Shown here: positions 1 through 6,206 of the stretch, one piece after another
Position numbering within the stretch: the stretch's first letter is position 1
Layout: every line of letters begins with the position of its first letter
Assembly: GCA_029974275.1 (NCBI GenBank)
Contig: JARKSN010000043.1
Coordinates: 1-14,735 of the forward strand
Direction of reading: 5' to 3'
DNA length: 14,735 bases
Source of the DNA: Candidatus Hydrogenedentota bacterium
GTDB lineage: Bacteria > Hydrogenedentota > Hydrogenedentia > Hydrogenedentales > SLHB01
Translations under genes and position numbers: made by a program
Notes under the pieces: model-generated
Databases searched by the model: none
Seen by the model: the letters and a program-made list of their open reading frames with translations, nothing else
What the model was told of the DNA's origin: nothing

Positions 1-12
1 ATATTACCAAAT

Positions 13-82
13 GTTGTGTCTAGTTGTGCTCTTTGTGGTTAAAAACCTTATTTTTACCACGACGAGCACAACGAGACACAAC
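13..82. repeat. Long imperfect inverted repeat (~32-33 nt arms, 5-nt loop) built from ~10-nt periodic TTGTG/CACAA units
   Basis: Left arm 13-45 GTTGTGTCTAGTTGTGCTCTTTGTGGTTAAAAA. Reverse complement of right arm 51-82 is GTTGTGTCTCGTTGTGCTCGTCGTGGTAAAAA (3 substitutions, 1 indel). Loop CCTTA. Confidence 0.9.
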
Positions 83-113
83 GGGAAGATATTTATAGCC
101 GCCATGCCTGCTT

Positions 114-562
114 CTAACTCGTCGTCCTCAGACGGCGTCTCACCCACCGGGGAATTCTCCCCTGATGCTTCTTGCCGGTTGAATCAGCGATTGAAACAAA
201 TCTCATTTCCTTCAAATCAGGTCCCCGTTGTATTACCAGATAGTCCTTGTATCTTCCTTCGGCCAGTTCTACTGCTCCTAGACTATCATTGACAAAAAGA
301 AGACGGCCCTTACCATGCCGGGCTGCTGTCATCATGAGGTGACTGACGGTGATTGGTCGTCGGCCACAATTCACACCATGATGACAAGATACTCATTTTC
401 ATCAGGCCCTTCTGAAGGCAAGGATTTCATGTTTGCAGCAAAACGAAATCGAATCCGAGCCCTGTCCCGCCATGCGTTGTAGATCGAGACGGCTGCTGCT
501 ATCGTAGAAACTATCGCGGCATACCATGAAACTTCAGCTGCACTGATCTCGATCGTCAGCAT
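114..562 (-). pseudogene. Hypothetical membrane-anchored protein (~149 aa if joined), split into ORFs 371-562 and 114-374 by a probable 1-nt frameshift
   Basis: ATG at 562 lies 7 nt after the valS stop. The first part has a hydrophobic helix (VSWYAAIVSTIAAAVSIYNAW) followed by basic residues. The junction reads ATG GTG TGA ATT GTG; adding one G gives ATG GTG GTG AAT TGT and the continuous peptide YLVIMVVNCGRRPITVSHL. Lower GC than valS (24/60 G+C at 181-240 vs 38/60 at 661-720). Two coupled genes with a GTGA overlap, or a sequencing error, cannot be excluded. Confidence 0.55.
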
Positions 563-569
563 TTCGTCC

Positions 570-3161
570 CTACGTTAGTTCGGTTGTGACGTCGACTAGG
601 CCTTGTTCGGGTTCACCTGGCGCGAATTCGAGCGCTTCGATGGAGAGCATGCCGCTGATATCGCCGACGCTGGGTTTGAGTGCGGCGATGGTCTCGGCTT
701 TGGCGGTGACGGTTGCCTTTTTCACGGGCGCCTTCATGCTGAGGTTCGCGGCGGCCTTGGCTTTGCGGACGGCGTCGACGACGGCGACGGCGGCGGCGTA
801 GGTTTGCGCTTCGATCGGCGCGGGGACAACGCTGAACTCGTCAAGCGTGGGCCAGGGGCTTTTGTGGACGTTGGCATGCATGCCGGTGTCATCGGTGTAG
901 CACCAGTGCCAGACTTCATCCGCGAGGAACGGCAGGTACGGTGCGAGCATGCGCACAAGCGCGCGGTGCAACAAGCGTAAGGTCGCGGCGGCGGACACGC
1001 GGCCCGGCGTCAATTCTTCCTCATACGTGCGGCCCTTGGCGAGTTCGAGGTAGTTGTCGCAGAATACGCCCCAGAAGAATTCCTCGGTTAACGACAACGC
1101 CTGCGCGTAGTCAAAACCGTCGAAGGCCTCGGTTGCGCGCTGGATGAGCGGGCGCAACTCCTGAATGACCGCACGGTCGAGTTCGTGCGTGATGGCTTCC
1201 GGCCCGAGTTGCGCGGCATCGATGTCCGCGAAACGGCCTATCGCGAATTTGCTGGCGTTGAAGAGTTTGGTGCAGAGGCGCTTGCCGACTTTGAAGACTT
1301 GCTCGTCGTACGCGGTGTCGACGCCGAGGCGCGCGCGCGCGGCCCAATAGCGGACGGCGTCCGCGCCGAATTCGTCGATGAGCGGTTCGGGCGTGACGAC
1401 GTTGCCTTGGCTCTTGGACATCTTCTTGCGGTCGGGGTCGAGGATCCAGCCGCTGATGACGACGTTCTTCCACGGCACCTGGCCGCTATGGCTGTAGGCT
1501 TTCAAAATAGTGTAAAACGCCCACGTGCGGATGATCTCGTGACTCTGCGGGCGGATGTCCATCGGGAAGAGATTGTCGTGCCGCTTGGGATCGAGGAACC
1601 ACTTGGTGGCGATCTGCGGCGTCAACGAACTCGTGGCCCAGGTGTCGAGCACGTCCGGGTCGCCCGTGAACCCGTTCGGCTTGTCGCGCTGATCTTCGGT
1701 GAATCCCGGCGGCACGTCGTCGAGCGGGTCAATGGGCAACGTGTCGTACGCCGGGAAGATCGGTGCGTCGTAATTAATCTCGCCGTTCGCGTCGAGCGCG
1801 TACCACACCGGCACGGGCACGCCGAAGAAGCGCTGACGGCTCAGGCACCAATCCTGGTTCAGGCCCTCCACCCAGTGTTCATAGCGGATACCCATGTGCG
1901 CGGGGTGCCACTGGATCTTCTTGCCTTGCTCGACGAGTTCGGCCTTCTTTTCCATGATCTTCGCGAACCATTGCCGCGCGGGCAACAACTCGAGAGGGCG
2001 ATCGCCTTTCTCGAAGTACTTGACCGCGTGCGTCATATCTTGCTTGGGGCGGTCCATTACACCGTCGGTGGCCTCGATGAGCTCGACGATCTTGCGTTGC
2101 GCTTGGTTCACGTAGAGGCCCTTGATCTGCGCGTAGGCTTCGTTTGCGGCATCGGGATTGACGCTGTCCCATCCGGGTTCGCCGAAGGTCACTGGCAACA
2201 AACGCCCGTCGCGGCCAATCACTTGGCGTAGCGGCAGGTCGTACTTGCGCCACCACTCGACGTCCGTCTGATCGCCGAAGGTGCAGACCATCACGATGCC
2301 GGTCCCCTTCTCGGGGTCAGCCTGTGTGTCGGCCATGATGGGCACGGGCGCGTGGAAGAACGGCGTGACCGCGCGTTTGCCGAAGTAGGGCTTGTAGCGT
2401 TCGTCGTCGGGGTGCGCGAGGACGGCGACGCATGCTGGGAGCAGTTCGGGGCGCGTCGTGGCGATGACGATGTGATCGCCGTTCTGGTTTTCGATGCCGA
2501 AGCGCAGGAAGTGGAACGCGCTGGGCTTTTCCTTGTCGGTCACTTCCGCCTGAGCGATGGCGGTGCGGAAGTCTACATCCCACATCACCGGGCGCTCGGC
2601 CTGGTAAATCTCGTTGCGCTGGACGAGGTCGAGGAAGCTGTACTGCGAGACGCGGCGGCAATGCTCGTTGATCGTTGCGTACTCCTGGTTCCAGTCGTAC
2701 GACAGGCCGAGGCGCGTCCACAAGCGGCGGAAGGCTTCCTCGTCTTCCTTCGTTACCTCTTCGCACAGTTCGATGAAGTTTCTGCGGCTGATTGGGAGAG
2801 GATCTCCCTTGCGCCCCCGTTCGAGTTTAAGGTTCGGGTCGTAGTGGATGTGCGGCTCGCACTTCACGTTGTACATGTTCTGCACGCGGCGCTCGGTGGG
2901 CAGGCCATTATCGTCCCAGCCGATGGGGAAGAAGATGTTCTTGCCGCGCATGCGTTGGTAGCGCACGATGAAGTCCTGATGCGAGTAGCTGAACAAGTGC
3001 CCTACGTGCAACGACCCGCTCACCGTCGGCGGTGGCGTGTCTACCGCGAAGGTCTCATCGCGACCGCGCGCCGGGTCATAGGCGTAGAGGTTCGACTCTT
3101 TCCACTGGGCGCACCAGTCGAGTTCGGTTGCATGCGGATCGTAGTTCTTCGACAATTCCAT
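570..3161 (-). CDS. valS: Valine--tRNA ligase (short, archaeal-like type 2 ValRS)
   Basis: Class I motifs DTPPPTVSGSLHVGH (HIGH) and KKMSKS, editing-domain motifs IATTRPE and GTGIVM, plus DWCLSRQR and DVLDTWATS. Start placed at ATG 3161 (MELSKNYD), preceded by GGGAG, rather than at the ORF-track start 3209. Confidence 0.96.
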   Translation of the reverse strand: MELSKNYDPHATELDWCAQWKESNLYAYDPARGRDETFAVDTPPPTVSGSLHVGHLFSYSHQDFIVRYQRMRGKNIFFPIGWDDNGLPTERRVQNMYNVKCEPHIHYDPNLKLERGRKGDPLPISRRNFIELCEEVTKEDEEAFRRLWTRLGLSYDWNQEYATINEHCRRVSQYSFLDLVQRNEIYQAERPVMWDVDFRTAIAQAEVTDKEKPSAFHFLRFGIENQNGDHIVIATTRPELLPACVAVLAHPDDERYKPYFGKRAVTPFFHAPVPIMADTQADPEKGTGIVMVCTFGDQTDVEWWRKYDLPLRQVIGRDGRLLPVTFGEPGWDSVNPDAANEAYAQIKGLYVNQAQRKIVELIEATDGVMDRPKQDMTHAVKYFEKGDRPLELLPARQWFAKIMEKKAELVEQGKKIQWHPAHMGIRYEHWVEGLNQDWCLSRQRFFGVPVPVWYALDANGEINYDAPIFPAYDTLPIDPLDDVPPGFTEDQRDKPNGFTGDPDVLDTWATSSLTPQIATKWFLDPKRHDNLFPMDIRPQSHEIIRTWAFYTILKAYSHSGQVPWKNVVISGWILDPDRKKMSKSQGNVVTPEPLIDEFGADAVRYWAARARLGVDTAYDEQVFKVGKRLCTKLFNASKFAIGRFADIDAAQLGPEAITHELDRAVIQELRPLIQRATEAFDGFDYAQALSLTEEFFWGVFCDNYLELAKGRTYEEELTPGRVSAAATLRLLHRALVRMLAPYLPFLADEVWHWCYTDDTGMHANVHKSPWPTLDEFSVVPAPIEAQTYAAAVAVVDAVRKAKAAANLSMKAPVKKATVTAKAETIAALKPSVGDISGMLSIEALEFAPGEPEQGLVDVTTELT

Positions 3162-3257
3162 GACAGACTCCCGTATTTGAGGCGCTGGCGAAGCGTATGT
3201 GCGCCACATGCGCGAAAAGCCGTATTTTCTCCGCCCGCGTTCAGCGAGCGGAGAGAA

Positions 3258-3285
3258 AGTATAGCAAACGACGCATAGCCTTCAA
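3258..3285 (-). promoter_or_regulatory. Putative sigma70 promoter for valS (extended -10)
   Basis: Minus strand reads TTGAAG-16 nt-TATACT with TG-C directly before the -10 (TGCTATACT), about 100 nt upstream of the valS start. Confidence 0.55.
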
Positions 3286-3287
3286 AG

Positions 3288-3644
3288 TCAGGAAATGGAG
3301 GACTGACGTTTGGCGAGATTTTTCAAGAGACGATAGGCATCATTCAGGGCGCGCATGGCGTCCTCGTCGCCGCCGTGATCGGGATGATGCTTCCGGGCCT
3401 TTCTGCGGTAAGCGCTCTCTATCTCGCTCCACGGAGCTGAAGGCGACACGCCCAGCATTTTATAGCAGATTTCCAGGTCGATCCGGGACGCCGGCGAAGA
3501 TGCCGAAACGTCCCGGCGTTCGTCGCGAAGGTCGCGCAATGCCCGTGCGATATATGGCCAAATTCCCGTGAAATGCAGGATCGCCACAATCAATACAAAC
3601 AACAAAAATTCTCGAAAATTCACCATTTCCAGAATGCCGCCCAT
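3288..3644 (-). CDS. Small membrane-anchored J-domain (DnaJ-like) protein
   Basis: N-terminal hydrophobic helix (FLLFVLIVAILHFTGIW). C-terminal J-domain CYKMLGVSPSAPWSEIESAYRRKARKHHPDHGGDEDAMRALNDAYRLL with intact HPD. GAGGT upstream of ATG 3644. Confidence 0.88.
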   Translation of the reverse strand: MGGILEMVNFREFLLFVLIVAILHFTGIWPYIARALRDLRDERRDVSASSPASRIDLEICYKMLGVSPSAPWSEIESAYRRKARKHHPDHGGDEDAMRALNDAYRLLKNLAKRQSSIS

Positions 3645-3708
3645 GTCTACCTCGCGTTAACGCCGCGTTGCGACGACTTCCCCCCTAAACCGCCGGGGCG
3701 CTTTTCGC

Positions 3709-4434
3709 TCATCGCTTGCGGTCTTCAAACCTAAAGATGTTGTCAACGGCTTCGGCGATCGGGTCACGGTCATTGCCCCCGCCGCCGCCGCGCCGCCCGC
3801 CCCGGGTGAACCATGGCGCCGCTTTCATATAGACGTACCCGGCCAGGAGACCTCCAAGATGCGTGGCGACCGATACCGCCGCGTCGGTGAAGGCCATTAC
3901 AACGTTGAGAACCACCACCAACGCGACCATGGCCCGGGCGTTGATGGGAAAGGGAAGCGGGAAGAGGAAAAATTCCCGGTTGGGATTGGCCACGGCAAAC
4001 GCGGCAAGCACTCCCATCACGGCGCCGCTCGCGCCAAGAATGGTGGGGTTGCTTTGCCGCAACAGGTATGGAACAAATGTCGCCATCACCCCCGCCGCGC
4101 CGCAAAATAGATAGAACCGAAAAAATTGGCGCGTGCTCAGGACCCGCTCCACGTCGGGTCCAAAGAAAAAAAGCCACAACATGTTCACGAACAGATGAAG
4201 AAGTCCCGCATGCAAAAACATGTACGTCAACGGGGTCCAAAACACCCCGCGCAAAAGGTCTGCCGGCCGGAACTCCAGCCAGTGCTGCACAAAACCGCCC
4301 GCCGCCGTCGAAACAATCAATTGTCCGGCAAACACGACGACATTCGCCAGGATCAGGCGCTGCACCGCCCACGTGATGCGACTTGGTGAGGAAGAGACAT
4401 TCCCGCCCCGCTCATAATAGGCGTACTGACTCAT
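3709..4434 (-). CDS. Rhomboid family intramembrane serine protease
   Basis: Motifs TYMFLHAGLLHLFVNM, GASG (catalytic Ser) and HLGG (catalytic His), with multiple hydrophobic segments. Start placed at ATG 4434 (MSQYAYY) with GAGAGGA upstream; the ORF-track extension to 4755 overlaps the divergent gene and is unlikely. Confidence 0.93.
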   Translation of the reverse strand: MSQYAYYERGGNVSSSPSRITWAVQRLILANVVVFAGQLIVSTAAGGFVQHWLEFRPADLLRGVFWTPLTYMFLHAGLLHLFVNMLWLFFFGPDVERVLSTRQFFRFYLFCGAAGVMATFVPYLLRQSNPTILGASGAVMGVLAAFAVANPNREFFLFPLPFPINARAMVALVVVLNVVMAFTDAAVSVATHLGGLLAGYVYMKAAPWFTRGGRRGGGGGNDRDPIAEAVDNIFRFEDRKR

Positions 4435-4613
4435 AAAGTGACCGTCCTCTCTCCAAAAACTTGTGCAAGGGTGACATATTCGTGATGCGCGCGCAAGCAT
4501 CCCCTCATTGTCCTTCTTTTGCGGCGTCATTTCCTCTATACTTTTTCGCGTCATGAGAATGGGCGCAGCATGAGCTGTGCCGTGAGCATGTCGCGACAAG
4601 AGGAGGCTGGCAC

Positions 4614-5696
4614 ATGGGGCCGTGGCAGGGACTGGGACTATCGGGAATTCCGTTGTTGGGCAAGGGAAAAACGCGTTCGATATCAGCGGAAAACCCGACC
4701 GGTGAAAAAGGCGGCGGCGCGAAGGCTGCACCGGAACCCATGTTCGACGGCACACCGAATCCCGCGCGCGAATTGGGCGAGGGCTGGAAGACGCGTCCCT
4801 TCATCAGTCTCGAACCCGGTTCTGTGAACACCCTCGCGGAGATCGAAGGCCCCGGCGTCATCCAGCACATCTGGATCACCGCGCGCCCGCAGGCGTATCG
4901 CTCGTGCATCCTGCGCTTCTACTGGGACGGTGAAGAGACCCCGTCCATCGAAGTCCCTCTCGGCGATTTCTTCGCGTGCGGCCACGGCAAACGCACCATC
5001 GTGAACTCCATGCCGATCTCCGTGAACTCGGTGGGTGGCTTCAATTCCTATTGGCCCATGCCCTTCCGTAAATCCGCCCGCATCACCATCGAGAGCAACC
5101 ACCACGAGTGGATCCGCACGCTGTTCTATCAGATCACCTACTCCCTCGAAGACGTGCCCCAGGACGCCGCCTACTTCCATGCCCAGTGGCGCCGTTCCAT
5201 GACCACCCGCGAACACCCCGAACACACCATCCTCGATGGTGTGAAGGGCGTCGGCCACTATGCCGGCGCCTACTTCGCCTGGACCAAACTCTCCAACGGG
5301 TGGTGGGGTGAAGGCGAAGTGAAATTCTACATTGACGGCGACGGCAAATACCCCACCATCTGCGGCACCGGCACCGAAGACTACGTCGGCGGCGCATGGT
5401 GCTTTGCCGAAGCCGGCGAGACCGCCCAACCCTACACCGGCCCCTTCCTCGGCCTGCCGCTCGTCTGGGAACGCCCCGACGAACTCCCCATGTACGGCAT
5501 GTACCGCTGGCACATTCCAGACCCCATCCGCTTCGAACAAGACCTCCGCGTCACCGTCCAGGCCCTCGGCTGGTGGCCCAACCACCGCTTCCAACCCCTC
5601 ACCGACGACATCGCCACCACCGCCTTCTGGTACCAAACCGAACCCCACGGCAAGTTCCCGGCGATGGTATCGGCGGACGAAAGGTTGCCGAGGTAA
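4614..5696 (+). CDS. DUF2961-domain glycoside hydrolase (GH172-like)
   Basis: Motifs RSISAENPTGEKG, GPGVIQHIWIT, LRFYWDGEETPSIEVPLGDFF, NSYWPMPF, WWGEGE, GTGTEDY and YRWHIPDPIRF. AGGAGG at 4601-4606. No signal peptide evident. Confidence 0.88.
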   Translation: MGPWQGLGLSGIPLLGKGKTRSISAENPTGEKGGGAKAAPEPMFDGTPNPARELGEGWKTRPFISLEPGSVNTLAEIEGPGVIQHIWITARPQAYRSCILRFYWDGEETPSIEVPLGDFFACGHGKRTIVNSMPISVNSVGGFNSYWPMPFRKSARITIESNHHEWIRTLFYQITYSLEDVPQDAAYFHAQWRRSMTTREHPEHTILDGVKGVGHYAGAYFAWTKLSNGWWGEGEVKFYIDGDGKYPTICGTGTEDYVGGAWCFAEAGETAQPYTGPFLGLPLVWERPDELPMYGMYRWHIPDPIRFEQDLRVTVQALGWWPNHRFQPLTDDIATTAFWYQTEPHGKFPAMVSADERLPR

Positions 5697-5730
5697 AGGG
5701 GAGGGAGAAGAGGAAGAGAAGATTCGGACT

Positions 5731-5769
5731 CACCACAGAGACACAAAGGACACGGAGAAACACAAAGGA
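5731..5769 (+). repeat. Periodic repeat CACCACAGAG-ACACAAAGG-ACACGGAGAA-ACACAAAGGA, resembling the right arm of the 13-82 palindrome
   Basis: Four 9-10 nt units, with ACACAAAGGA exactly duplicated. It starts ACCAC, like 56-85 (ACCACGACGAGCACAACGAGACACAACGGG). Confidence 0.65.
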
Positions 5770-5854
5770 AGAACGCACGTCCCTTTGCACCGAGACTTTT
5801 TCTATAGCCACTATGTAGAGCCGATAAAGCGGTCAGATCACAAATCAAACCCGC

Positions 5855-6048
5855 GCAGCGCCCTGTCTCCGTGCCGGGCGTCTTTGGTTGGTCCGATTTG
5901 TAATCGGATCCTCTTGGGTTTCCGCCACAATACGTCTGTCACAAAGAGGTCCCGTTACAAACGGGACCTACATGACAAAAATGCTTAGACCTTTTTTGTG
6001 TTGTGTAGTTGAAAGGCAGGACCGCCCGGCACGGAGACCGGGCGCTAC
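5855..6048. repeat. Outer REP-like inverted doublet (GTAG-CGCCCGG-N8-CCGGGCG), arms 5855-5880 and 6023-6048
   Basis: GCAGCGCCCTGTCTCCGTGCCGGGCG vs reverse complement of the right arm GTAGCGCCCGGTCTCCGTGCCGGGCG: 24/26 identical. A GTAG tetranucleotide followed by a GC-rich hairpin is the canonical REP layout, and it lies between convergent genes. Confidence 0.85.
5887..5971. repeat. Inner REP-like inverted doublet (GTAG-GTCCCG-TTTGTAA-CGGGAC), arms 5887-5910 and 5948-5971
   Basis: GTTGGTCCGATTTGTAATCGGATC vs reverse complement of the right arm GTAGGTCCCGTTTGTAACGGGACC: identical TTTGTAA core, with compensatory stem changes (GA..TC vs CG..CG). Confidence 0.78.
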
Positions 6049-6206
6049 AAAGGGACATGCATTTCAACCGTATGGACGTTGAATCTGTCCTCACCTCGTC
6101 CGCGGCGTATCGCCCATTGTGTCGAGGCCATCGCGTGGGCAATGTCTGACGCAACCGACATGGGGTGCGGCGGGCTTCCGTGTGGTTTGAGCGCGAACGC
6201 CAGGGG

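Noticed and set aside
13..120. Integron attC site after the cassette-like gene
   Set aside because: No RYYYAAC...GTTRRRY boxes in the correct orientation bounding the palindrome, and no integrase in the window.
11..292. 93-aa plus-strand ORF
   Set aside because: Its N-terminus is simply the translation of the palindromic repeat, and the rest is antisense to the more protein-like minus-strand ORF.
1185..3278. Long plus-strand ORFs (348 aa, 308 aa) opposite valS
   Set aside because: Antisense shadows expected from GC-rich codon bias, with no recognisable motifs.
4435..4755. 107-aa N-terminal extension of the rhomboid ORF
   Set aside because: It overlaps the divergent GH172 gene and its RBS, and a better start with RBS exists at 4434.
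5332..5988. 218-aa Pro/Thr/Ser-rich ORF and other alternate-frame ORFs over GH172
   Set aside because: By-product of the extreme C-rich codon usage of the real gene; the tail is translated repeat DNA.
5697..6206. CRISPR array in the repeat-rich intergenic region
   Set aside because: The repeats are inverted pairs, not direct repeats with regular unique spacers. GTTGAAA/TTTCAAC resembles CRISPR repeat ends only superficially, and no cas genes are present.
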